Source of the DNA: a bacterium
Lineage (GTDB): Bacteria > UBA8248 > JACPRG01 > G963555815
Direction of reading: 5' to 3'
Assembly (NCBI GenBank): GCA_965218795.1
Contig: OZ244653.1
Coordinates: forward strand, 4,768,001 to 4,832,000
DNA length: 64,000 nucleotides
Shown here: positions 19,838 through 29,107 of the stretch, piece by piece
Numbering within the stretch: position 1 is the first letter of the stretch
Layout: every line of letters begins with the position of its first letter
Position numbers and translations under genes: made by a program
Notes under the pieces: generated by a model
Told to the model about the DNA's origin: nothing
Seen by the model: only the letters and a program-made list of their open reading frames with translations
Database searches by the model: none

Positions 19838-20593
19838 ATGTCCGAATGGACGAAAAAATTCTTCGGTGCGGATTATTCAAAGGCCTACCCGCGTGATCAT
19901 CAGACCATAGCTCAAGGAGAAGGGGCCGTTCGGCTTCTGGGCATCTCTCCTCCATGTCGTCTTCTGGACTTGGCATGTGGGTACGGCCGGCATACGTTGT
20001 CGCTTCGCAAAATGGGTTTCGGGGTAATGGGCCTGGACAATGCCTGGGATCTCTTGGAGCGCGCGGCAGGAGACACGTTATCCAGCGGCCTGGGAATACC
20101 GCCCCCCTTCACACGGGCGGACATGCGCGTGCTGCCGTACCGGAACAACTCATTCGACGTTGGCGTTTCTCTGTTCACCTCCTTCGGCTATTTCGATGCA
20201 GAAGAGGAAGATCAGTCGGTTTTGCATGAGATTTCCCGTGTTCTGAGACCCGGCGGAAAATTTTTCCTGGATGTCCTGAATAAAGAATGGCTAATGGCGC
20301 ACTTTGATCAACGATTTTGGGAGGAGGGCGACAACGCAAAGCTGCTGAACGAAATGGTGTTCGATTATGAGCGTGGGCGACTGAATACGAAAAGAACTCT
20401 CATCCCGGATGACGGAAGTGAACGGACAGAATTGTTCAGCAGCATTCGGCTCTATACCTTGGCGGAGATGATCCGCATGATGCAGACAGCCGGAATCACA
20501 TTTCAAGAAGCCTACGGCGATTACACTGGAAAACAATATGACAAGGAGGGATTCCGGATGATTGTTATTGGGGAAAAAAGAACATTTCGTTGA
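19838..20593 (+). CDS. Class I SAM-dependent methyltransferase
   Basis: LLDLACGYGRH, ADMR, FTSFGYF and VLRPGGKF. Confidence 0.88.
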   Translation: MSEWTKKFFGADYSKAYPRDHQTIAQGEGAVRLLGISPPCRLLDLACGYGRHTLSLRKMGFGVMGLDNAWDLLERAAGDTLSSGLGIPPPFTRADMRVLPYRNNSFDVGVSLFTSFGYFDAEEEDQSVLHEISRVLRPGGKFFLDVLNKEWLMAHFDQRFWEEGDNAKLLNEMVFDYERGRLNTKRTLIPDDGSERTELFSSIRLYTLAEMIRMMQTAGITFQEAYGDYTGKQYDKEGFRMIVIGEKRTFR

Positions 20594-20895
20594 CGATTTG
20601 AGACGGATTTTTTATCCATATGCATTTCGTTTTTTATTTGTCAATTTCTCAGGTCAGCATATTGCCGGTCCCGATAAGAGTGAAAAAAAACTGTCATCGC
20701 ATCCGAAACGGCTCCCTGGCCTGACTTCCTGTATCGGCTGTCGCTATGTGGCGGTTTTGCGGCGGGAACCCTGGGGGTTGGCTTCCGTTGACGGCTGCGA
20801 ATGCACTTCGGATAATCATGAACCTTGAAAACACGCGAATTGTCAAAAGCGGGTTCGCATGGAATCCTCTCACGCAGCATCGCCAGGTGAGATCA

Positions 20896-22941
20896 ATGGA
20901 TCTCGGGAAAATCCGGAACATCGGAGTTATCTCGCATATTGACGCCGGCAAGACGACGGTCACCGAACGGATACTCTTTTACAGCGGGGCGATTCATCGG
21001 ATGGGCGAAGTGCACGACGGCCTTGCCACAACCGATTGGATGCCCCAGGAACGCGAGCGTGGGATCACCATCACGGCGGCCTCTATTTCTGTCAATTGGC
21101 GGGATCACATCATTAATATCATCGATACCCCGGGACATGTGGATTTCACCATCGAAGTGGAACGAAGCTTGCGGGTTCTGGATGGAGCGGTGGCCATTTT
21201 CAGCGCCGTGGATGGGGTGGAGCCGCAGTCGGAAGTGGTTTGGCGGCAGGCGGAGCGGCATAGGGTGCCCCGGATCGTTTTTGTCAACAAGATGGATCGC
21301 AGAGGAGCTGAATTTCAAAGGGTGCTCAAGGATCTCGAGGAGAAGTTGGGCGCAAGGGAATTGGTCGTCCAACTCCCGTTAGGCGCTGAAGATGAGTTCC
21401 GTGGAGTCATCGACTTGATCGAGATGCGAGCCGTCACATGGAGGGCGGAAGAGCTCGGCGTTGAATATGGTTTTTCGGACATTCCAGAGTCCCACCTGCC
21501 CATTGCAAACGAAGCGCGGGGGAAGCTCCTGGAAACGATGGCCGAAGGAGATGAGCTTTTTTTGGAGCGTTTTCTCGAAGACGAGGAAAGCCCGGAGCCC
21601 CAGGAAATTCGCTCGGCCATTCGGCGAATCACCCTGTCGGGTCTGGCGTTTCCGGTCCTTTGCGGCTCCGGATTGAGAAATATCGGTATTCAGCCACTCA
21701 CGGATGCAGTGGTGGATTACCTGCCCGCCCCGCCGGATCTACCGCCGATCGAGGGGATGGAGCCCGTTTCTGGATCTTCCATTCAGCGGTCCCACGATGG
21801 CGGCGCGCCGTTCTCCGCGCTCGCTTTCAAGATCTTGACGGAAATGGGACGTCGCATCACATACCTTCGGATTTACTCGGGGATGCTCCAGGCCGGGGGA
21901 CAAGTCCACAACCCGAACCGCGGTGTCGACGAAAGGGTCGCCCGGATTTTCCAGATGTTTGCCAATAAGCGAAACAGGCTGGACGAGGTCGAGGCCGGAA
22001 ACATCGTGGCGGTGGCGGGACTCAAGGAGACCTTTACGGGCGATACCCTGTGCGAGCGGGACAAACCCATTCGATACGAGTCGCTGGATTTCCCGGAGCC
22101 CGTTATCTATCTCGCGGTCGAGTTGCGATCCTCGGCCGACGAAAAAAAGCTTCTCGAATCTCTTGAAAAGCTCCAGGCTGAGGATCCGACGTTCCATGTT
22201 CGTGTGGATGAAGAAACCGGACAGACCATTCTTTCCGGTATGGGAGAGCTTCACCTGGACGTTGTCCTGCGGCGACTGAAAGAGGAGTTTCTCGTACCTG
22301 TCAGAGCAGGAACGCCGAGAGTGGTTTACCGCGAGACGATATCCGCTTCCGGAGAAGGAGAGGGGGTTTTCGATCGCGAGATTGGCGGAAAGGCGCAATT
22401 CGCCAGGGTGATCGTCCGGCTCGAGCCCGCGCCCCGGGGGGCGGGAGTCTCTATCGATTCGAAGCACCCAAACCTGCCCGAGGAATTTCAAGAGCCAGTG
22501 AAACTCGCTCTTCTCTCCTCCGTTGAGAGCGGACCATTGGGCGGTTACAAGTTGGTGGACCTTGCCGCATCCGTTGTAGAGGCCGCCTTTGACGAAATGC
22601 GAAGCACTCGAACCGCCTTCGAGGTTGCATCTGCCATTGGATTTCAAGTCGCGTCCGAGGAGGCGTCCCCCATCCTCCTTGAACCCATCATGAATGTAGA
22701 AGTCATCACGCCTGAGGAATTCCTGGGCGGCATTATCAATGACCTCAATGGCCGTAAGGGTAAGATCGAGGAGGTGACCACGAGGGGAAATTCGAAAATC
22801 GTCAAGACACTCATTCCCCTCGCGGAAATGTTCGGCTATAGCACGGATTTACGATCGGCCTCCGAGGGCCGAGCGACGTACTCGATGAAATTCTCACATT
22901 ACGATGCTGTCGAACGGACGAAAAGACAGGAGAATGTCTGA
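20896..22941 (+). CDS. fusA: Elongation factor G paralog (outside the str operon)
   Basis: RNIGVISHIDAGKTT, RGITI, DTPGHVDF, NKMD, GMGELHL and EMFGYSTDLRS. Confidence 0.93.
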   Translation: MDLGKIRNIGVISHIDAGKTTVTERILFYSGAIHRMGEVHDGLATTDWMPQERERGITITAASISVNWRDHIINIIDTPGHVDFTIEVERSLRVLDGAVAIFSAVDGVEPQSEVVWRQAERHRVPRIVFVNKMDRRGAEFQRVLKDLEEKLGARELVVQLPLGAEDEFRGVIDLIEMRAVTWRAEELGVEYGFSDIPESHLPIANEARGKLLETMAEGDELFLERFLEDEESPEPQEIRSAIRRITLSGLAFPVLCGSGLRNIGIQPLTDAVVDYLPAPPDLPPIEGMEPVSGSSIQRSHDGGAPFSALAFKILTEMGRRITYLRIYSGMLQAGGQVHNPNRGVDERVARIFQMFANKRNRLDEVEAGNIVAVAGLKETFTGDTLCERDKPIRYESLDFPEPVIYLAVELRSSADEKKLLESLEKLQAEDPTFHVRVDEETGQTILSGMGELHLDVVLRRLKEEFLVPVRAGTPRVVYRETISASGEGEGVFDREIGGKAQFARVIVRLEPAPRGAGVSIDSKHPNLPEEFQEPVKLALLSSVESGPLGGYKLVDLAASVVEAAFDEMRSTRTAFEVASAIGFQVASEEASPILLEPIMNVEVITPEEFLGGIINDLNGRKGKIEEVTTRGNSKIVKTLIPLAEMFGYSTDLRSASEGRATYSMKFSHYDAVERTKRQENV

Positions 22942-23209
22942 GGGGAATCATGGATTCCTCCGGCGCGGAGGAGCGTTTGAATTCGCCTGCGGATTTCGAT
23001 ATGAATCGTGCGGGAGAAAGAACGTTGGGCAGGTTCTTCCCGAACCCTCTCCTTACCTGACAAAGGTGGTGTCCCCGGTTGCTTCGAAGGCGGATGGTTG
23101 CTAGAATTAATCCGAAGAGTCTCTTCCTGCCCTCATGTGTTCCAATGCTTAGGTGAAAGTGCGTTCGTGGTTCGACTGAAAAATCGTATCGGGGGGGAGA
23201 TTGGCTCTG

Positions 23210-24124
23210 ATGGCCACATCCGCATCTAAATCACGTGTATCCAAGTCCACATCCCCGAAAAAGACAAACGGTCCGGCGCCCCTGATGGATAATTCGACGG
23301 ACGCGCTCGATCCCTCATTCGAGGAATTGACCCTCCAGGCCAAACGCCTCCGGCGCGAAATTCTCGAGATGATCATCGAAGCGGGTTCCGGACATCCCGG
23401 CGGATCCTTCTCCATGGTGGAGATTCTTCTCGTTCTCTATTCCCACTTTCTCCGCCATCGGAAACCTGAAGAGCCCGATTGGGAAGACCGGGATCGATTT
23501 ATTCTAAGCAAGGGTCACGGCGCTCCCGCGCTATACGCGGTTCTCTCCGAATTCGGGTATGTCTCGAAGGAGGAACTGAAGTCCCTCCGCAAATTGGGGA
23601 GTCGGCTCCAGGGGCATCCGGACAAGCGATTTCTCCCTGTCCTGGAGGCCTCGACGGGTTCCCTGGGCCAGGGCCTTTCCATCGGTATCGGGTCGGCCCT
23701 TGCGGCGCGGATAGACAAGAAGTCCTACCATACCTATGTCCTGTTGGGCGACGGCGAGTCGGAAGAAGGTCAGATCTGGGAAGGTGTCATGTTCGGCGCC
23801 CAACACAAGCTCGACAACTTGACGGCCATTGTGGATGTCAACCGAATTCAGCTCGACGGCTTTACGAAGGACATTATTGATATGGAACCCCTGGTTCCCA
23901 AATGGAAGTCCTTCGGCTGGTTCGTTCAGGAAATAGATGGACACGACATGAAGCAAATCTACGACGCCTTTCTGACCTGCTCGAACCACCAAGGTCAGCC
24001 ATGTGTCATCATCGCCCGGACCATCAAAGGAAAGGGCGCATCCATGATGGAAAACAATCCGGCCTTCCACGGGCGCGCGCCGAATCCGGAGGAAGCGGAC
24101 TTGGCGTTTCAAGAACTTGTTTAG
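23210..24124 (+). CDS. Transketolase, N-terminal (TPP-binding) subunit
   Basis: SGHPGGS, DRFILSKGH, LQGHP, STGSLGQG and GDGE...EG. Confidence 0.93.
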   Translation: MATSASKSRVSKSTSPKKTNGPAPLMDNSTDALDPSFEELTLQAKRLRREILEMIIEAGSGHPGGSFSMVEILLVLYSHFLRHRKPEEPDWEDRDRFILSKGHGAPALYAVLSEFGYVSKEELKSLRKLGSRLQGHPDKRFLPVLEASTGSLGQGLSIGIGSALAARIDKKSYHTYVLLGDGESEEGQIWEGVMFGAQHKLDNLTAIVDVNRIQLDGFTKDIIDMEPLVPKWKSFGWFVQEIDGHDMKQIYDAFLTCSNHQGQPCVIIARTIKGKGASMMENNPAFHGRAPNPEEADLAFQELV

Positions 24125-24135
24125 GAGATTCGTGG

Positions 24136-25113
24136 ATGCGGGAATTCGAGATGGGCGGGGCGACACGGGACGCCTACGGGAAGGTCTTGGTGGAGTTGGG
24201 CGCGCAAAATCCCGACATCGTGGTTCTTGACGCCGATTTGGCCGAGTCCACCCGGACCAAGAAGTTCGGAGAGAAGTTCCCGGAACGCTTTTTCAATGTC
24301 GGGATTGCCGAGGCGAACATGGTGTCGATCGCGGCCGGGCTGGCCTCATCCGGGAAAATCCCCTTTATCAGCAGCTTCGCTGTTTTTTTGCTGTGCAAGG
24401 GGTTTGACCAGCTTCGGATGTGTGTCGCATATCCAGGCTTGAACGTAAAAGTGGTCGCGTCTCATGGCGGGATTTCGATCGGGGAGGACGGTCCTTCCCA
24501 GCAGAGTGTGGAAGACTTGGCCCTGGCGTGCGCCCTGCCGGGATTTCAAGTCGCTTCGCCTGCGGACCCGTGGTCGGCGGAGTGTCTGGTCAGGCAGGCA
24601 GCGGAGATTGTCGGGCCCGTATACATTCGGGTCGGAAGACCTCCATCACCCATCATTTACCCGAACGAGGAAAAGATTCACTTCGGTAAAGCGGTGATTC
24701 ATCATTTGGGAAAGGATGCGAACATCTTGGCGAATGGCTTGTTGGTCGCCGAGTCGATGAAAGCCTGCGATCTGGCCAAGGAAGACAACCTGGATATCGG
24801 GGTCGTGGATGTTCACACCCTCAAACCGTTGGATGTGGAGAGTATCACGGAGGCCGCGCGGGCGTCCGGGGCTTTGGTGGTTGCCGAGGAACATCTACTG
24901 GTCGGCGGACTCTCCAACCTGGTCAGCATGGCCGTAGCGCAAAATCACCCTGTCCCAATCGAGTACGTCGGCCTTGATGATTCCTATGCCGAATCGGGGA
25001 AGCCTGCGGAGCTCCTTGAAAAGTATGGGTTGACGGCCCCATCCATCCTCCGCGCCGTGGAGCGCGTGATCCAAAAGAAGGACACGCGTCATACCGCTGT
25101 TTCGACCGTATAA
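24136..25113 (+). CDS. Transketolase, C-terminal subunit
   Basis: TRDAYG, NVGIAEANM, GEDGPSQQ, TLKPLD and AEEH. Confidence 0.93.
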   Translation: MREFEMGGATRDAYGKVLVELGAQNPDIVVLDADLAESTRTKKFGEKFPERFFNVGIAEANMVSIAAGLASSGKIPFISSFAVFLLCKGFDQLRMCVAYPGLNVKVVASHGGISIGEDGPSQQSVEDLALACALPGFQVASPADPWSAECLVRQAAEIVGPVYIRVGRPPSPIIYPNEEKIHFGKAVIHHLGKDANILANGLLVAESMKACDLAKEDNLDIGVVDVHTLKPLDVESITEAARASGALVVAEEHLLVGGLSNLVSMAVAQNHPVPIEYVGLDDSYAESGKPAELLEKYGLTAPSILRAVERVIQKKDTRHTAVSTV

Positions 25114-25257
25114 ACCGGAAATGCTGGTCGCTTTTATCACCTAGTCGAGAAGAAAGTAAGCCGTCCAATCGCCCCGTCCGATTCTGTGGCTCGAATCATG
25201 GAAAATCACTCGGGAGAATTCCTTTGTGAAGAGTCGACGGCCGGTCCGGCTTCTTTC

Positions 25258-25287
25258 TTGACAATCTCGGGATTCGACTTCCATACT
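25258..25287 (+). promoter_or_regulatory. Putative sigma-70 promoter
   Basis: TTGACA-N18-CATACT, 75 nt upstream of the ATG at 25362. Confidence 0.4.
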
Positions 25288-25361
25288 GAAGTCAGAAAAA
25301 AAATTACGCTCAGGTGGGTACGCCGGAGCGAGCGATAGACTCTTTCTTGGTAACACTGTAA

Positions 25362-27086
25362 ATGGCGAAGCGTTCCGGGAAGCGGCAAAAGAAAGCCGCA
25401 TCGGTGGCCTCGGGCTCGAAGCGAAAGGAAGTCAACGAGTTTCTCGGCCGAATTCTTGATTCCCTCAAACGGGATGATGGACTCCAGGAAGCCGGGGAGC
25501 TGGTCGCACAGCTGAAGGTTAGCGCCGGAAGTTACCTGCCTGCCTTGGTGCGGCGGATCGAAGAAGTCTCTGCCGCAGACCGGCGCGATCTGCTCGATCT
25601 GATCGCTCACCTGGAAGACCCCGACGCCGTCCCCTTTCTGGAAAAATTAATCTTCGAGGCGACCATTGACGTGGCCGCCAAGAAACGCTCCGCTGAAATT
25701 CTGGAACAGATGGGCCATCCCTTGGAAGTGGGCATGGCGGAATCCTTGAACCATGCCGAGTCCATCTTGCAGGGGATTGCAAATATGAAGTTCGAAACAT
25801 TTCACGGGTCGAGTCCTCTTTTTGTCAGATTCGTTCAGCTTCCTCCCTCTCTTCGTCAAGCGACGCTTCTGGAAATGGCCCGATCGGACCCCGACATGTC
25901 CCTCAAATTCATCGATCTCATGCAAAGCCGGGAAAACCGCCCACCTCCCGAGACGATTGAGGCTCTGGTGGCCTTGGGTAATCCCAAGGCCAAGCAAATC
26001 CTGGGGGATTATGCGGACGGAGACCTCGACCGAGAGACCGCGCGCTTGGTTCGCCGGGCCCTGTATCGACTGGAATCTCAGGGAATCCAGTCCGAGGGGT
26101 CTATGGAATTGGAAAAACCGGGGGGCTCGAAGATTTTTCGCCCGCTGGTCAATCCGCCTCAGGGGTTCATGAGCACGGTCGACCGAGGCGGTTCAAGGGT
26201 CGTATGGCTGGCAAAGCCGATCCCGGGGGGAGGACGCCTGTTGTTTCAGGCGATTGTGAATGATGAGCAGGGGTTGCTGGATTTTTCCGCCCTTGAAGTC
26301 AAGCTTCGCTCATTCCGCTCCTATGTGAAAGAGATTACACAAGAAGGGCGAGAGTTTCCGGTGGCGGAGATTCCGGCTTCCGAGGCGGCCGAGCTGATCC
26401 ATTCAGCTTACGGACTGGGCAGCGAACGGAAGATGGAGGTCCCCCAACAATATCCTCTGCACCAACGCCAGGTTGCAGAAATGGTGGAGGGAGCGGAAGG
26501 GGTGATCGACCGATTCGTGAACGAGGCTGCCAAAATGTCGGCCGAGGCGGTATCCCCGGAGGATATGAAGGGGCTTCTGGATCAACCGGTTTTTTCCACA
26601 TGGGGTTTTGGAGAGAAAGAGGTCGCATCCTATGTGGACGATATGAAGGAAGTGTTGGAGAGCCGGCTTGTCGTCAGCAAGAGCGCCCGACAGGAACAAC
26701 TCGATAAAGTGTGCAAAAAGGCGACCACCGAGCTATTCCAATCGGAGCGTTTGGGAAGGTTCAAAAAACGGCTTGAGGCGTCGGCTTACGTCCTGTTGAA
26801 GACGGATCAGGAGGAGTCTGCGCGGTTCGCTCTGGCGGTCTCGGAAAGTCTAGGGAATCTGGAAGGAGAGCCGGCAGAGCATCCTTTCCTTTATGAATTA
26901 ATCTTTCGGTCGCTCGTGGCTGAAGTGCCAAAGGAATTGCCGATGGAGGGCTCACCCTCCCGCCGGGGGGAGCAAGAGACCGCCGCTGACGAAGAACCGG
27001 AAGATCCCTCATTGATCATCACGCCGGGTGAAGCCCGCAGTCCGTCGGAGGCTGAGGGCGGCTCTCGAATCATCACGCCCGGCTGA
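25362..27086 (+). CDS. Hypothetical helical (HEAT-repeat-like) protein, 574 aa
   Basis: Long ORF with host-like codon usage and HEAT-like segments (LEDPDAVPFLEKL; EALVALGNPKAKQIL). Confidence 0.75.
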   Translation: MAKRSGKRQKKAASVASGSKRKEVNEFLGRILDSLKRDDGLQEAGELVAQLKVSAGSYLPALVRRIEEVSAADRRDLLDLIAHLEDPDAVPFLEKLIFEATIDVAAKKRSAEILEQMGHPLEVGMAESLNHAESILQGIANMKFETFHGSSPLFVRFVQLPPSLRQATLLEMARSDPDMSLKFIDLMQSRENRPPPETIEALVALGNPKAKQILGDYADGDLDRETARLVRRALYRLESQGIQSEGSMELEKPGGSKIFRPLVNPPQGFMSTVDRGGSRVVWLAKPIPGGGRLLFQAIVNDEQGLLDFSALEVKLRSFRSYVKEITQEGREFPVAEIPASEAAELIHSAYGLGSERKMEVPQQYPLHQRQVAEMVEGAEGVIDRFVNEAAKMSAEAVSPEDMKGLLDQPVFSTWGFGEKEVASYVDDMKEVLESRLVVSKSARQEQLDKVCKKATTELFQSERLGRFKKRLEASAYVLLKTDQEESARFALAVSESLGNLEGEPAEHPFLYELIFRSLVAEVPKELPMEGSPSRRGEQETAADEEPEDPSLIITPGEARSPSEAEGGSRIITPG

Positions 27087-27499
27087 TAGGTTCCGCATCC
27101 CCTATTTTGATATTTTCCCGCCACTCGATTTCGTGATCTGCGACAGGGGCGGGATGTAAAATCGTCCCTTCCCGCAGAGTGAACCGGTACGTAGATTGAA
27201 CCCCAAGTCCCAGGCCGAACGATAGATGGCCGAGGCGGTATTCTTGACTGCCGGGAAGTCGCCAAAATGGCCGCATCCAAGCAGTGAATCAAGTGTGTTG
27301 TATACCTCGTGGGGTGTGCAGGACTTGCTGTGGCGTCGATAGCGGCCCTCTGTGCCTGTCCGGCGCACTCGGTCTCGGTTGATGAATAAAGGTCAGCCGC
27401 TTCCATTTTGCTTGAGCGGGAGTCGCCCGTCTCGATGGGGTCGAATGACAGGGCTCCAGCCCGGGTGCGCTCAAATCAAGAGGTCACGAGAGGCGGGAC

Positions 27500-28237
27500 A
27501 TGAAGAAGGCCGTGATCCTGGCAGCCGGTCCGGGTAGCCGACTTCAGGATTTTGATCCTGAAGCGCCCAAGCCCCTGGTCGAGTTTTTGGGCGTCAACCT
27601 GCTGGAAAGACAACTTCGATGCCTGGCCTCCCTTGAACAAATCGGCGAGGTGGTCGTGGTGATCGGGTGCGCGTCGGAGGCTGTGAGAAAGTGGATTGAC
27701 GCTTCAGGCGGCTGGCGTTTTCTGCTGAGGATCGTAGAAAATCCCAAATGGGAATTGGGAAACGGGACCTCTTTGTCGGCGGCCACCGAAGAGCTGAAAG
27801 GAAGCCGTTTTTTCGTTTTGATGGTCGACCACATATTCGATCCCTTCACGTTGAAAGTGTTTGCAGAGCAGTCCAATCAAAGCCTGGCATTATCGGTTTT
27901 CGAAGGGAGCGGCGAACCTCTCGATCTGGACGAGGCCACCAAGGTCTGGGTGGATCATGAAGGTCTAGTCCGCCATATCGGGAAGGATCTGAAGCGTTTC
28001 ACCGGCGTGGATATGGGCCTCTTCTATTTGGATGATCGAATCTTCCCGGCGCTGGAATCTGCCTCTCATGAGGGCGACTACAGCTTGACGGGAGGAGTGA
28101 GGCACCTCATCGCACGGTTTTCTTTGCGTGCGGTTTCGACCCGGGACACCTGGTTTGATGTCGACACAAACCAGGATTATCGGAATGCGTTGCAGTATTT
28201 GACGTCCAAAGAGGCTTCAGAAGGGACCGTCCGATGA
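27500..28237 (+). CDS. Sugar/inositol-phosphate nucleotidyltransferase (IPCT/LicC-like)
   Basis: AVILAAGPGSRL, PKPL, GNGTSL, MVDH, DEATKV and WFDVDT. Confidence 0.8.
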   Translation: MKKAVILAAGPGSRLQDFDPEAPKPLVEFLGVNLLERQLRCLASLEQIGEVVVVIGCASEAVRKWIDASGGWRFLLRIVENPKWELGNGTSLSAATEELKGSRFFVLMVDHIFDPFTLKVFAEQSNQSLALSVFEGSGEPLDLDEATKVWVDHEGLVRHIGKDLKRFTGVDMGLFYLDDRIFPALESASHEGDYSLTGGVRHLIARFSLRAVSTRDTWFDVDTNQDYRNALQYLTSKEASEGTVR

Positions 28238-28249
28238 GTCCTGCGATTC

Positions 28250-29107
28250 TCAACGGCCGTTGTTCCACCCCGGCAGGCGGCCGGAGAAGACCTGAGGCAG
28301 ATCTTCGAGGGCGAAGCGAAGGCCGATCAAAAAGGGACCGAACTCCGCATATAAGGCGCTGGCCTCGTCGAAACGCATTTCATAGATGAGCTTTTTGTAC
28401 ACCGCCGGATCTTCTGCAAAGAGATAGACGCCCCATTCCCAGTCGTCGAATCCGATGCTCCCGGTAATGATTTGCTTGACCCGGCCGGCGTATCTCCGAC
28501 CCACCATGCCATGATCCCGCATCATGTGCTGGCGTTCTTCCATGGGGACTTGATACCAGTTCACGGATTCCCCCCGCTTCTTGTTCATCGGGTAGAAGCA
28601 CAGGTAGCGGTCGTCCGGCATCGGAAGGTAGAGTCGAGCGCTGACGCGCTCTTTTTGAGCGGCCATCTCAGCCTGCCACTTTTCTTTCCACACCTCGCTG
28701 TCCGGTTCAAGTTGGTCGTTGAGAAACTGCTCGTGGAGCTTTGCGGTCAACTCGTAGAGACCGAGTTCCACATAGGATAGGTATGAGTCCGTAATAGCGA
28801 GGTGTTCACTCAGACCGAGTCGGGAAAAGCCCAGTTCCACCTCGTTCAATTCGTCAAAGGTCGGTCGGAAATGGAGCAAGAGCAGATCCCCCTTGTGCCC
28901 CAATAGGCTGAAGATGGCCGTATCGCCTTGAGGGGGCTGGGCTGCCTGCCGCAGGTAATTCACCGCATCGGACGTGAGGCGCCGTTGATCCCGGGAGGGT
29001 AACAAGTTCCATGATGCCTGTTGCATCCGAAACACTTGGTGAAGCACGGCCCACCCTTCCAGTGTTTCCGGCGCCATTGCGCTCTTTTGAGGCTCATTCA
29101 CGGACAT
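28250..29107 (-). CDS. chdC: Coproheme decarboxylase (HemQ/ChdC, chlorite dismutase superfamily)
   Basis: ETLEGWAVLH, FYPMNKKR...NWY, HGMVGRRYAG.VKQIITGSIGFDDWEWGV and YEMRFDE. Confidence 0.85.
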   Translation of the reverse strand: MSVNEPQKSAMAPETLEGWAVLHQVFRMQQASWNLLPSRDQRRLTSDAVNYLRQAAQPPQGDTAIFSLLGHKGDLLLLHFRPTFDELNEVELGFSRLGLSEHLAITDSYLSYVELGLYELTAKLHEQFLNDQLEPDSEVWKEKWQAEMAAQKERVSARLYLPMPDDRYLCFYPMNKKRGESVNWYQVPMEERQHMMRDHGMVGRRYAGRVKQIITGSIGFDDWEWGVYLFAEDPAVYKKLIYEMRFDEASALYAEFGPFLIGLRFALEDLPQVFSGRLPGWNNGR

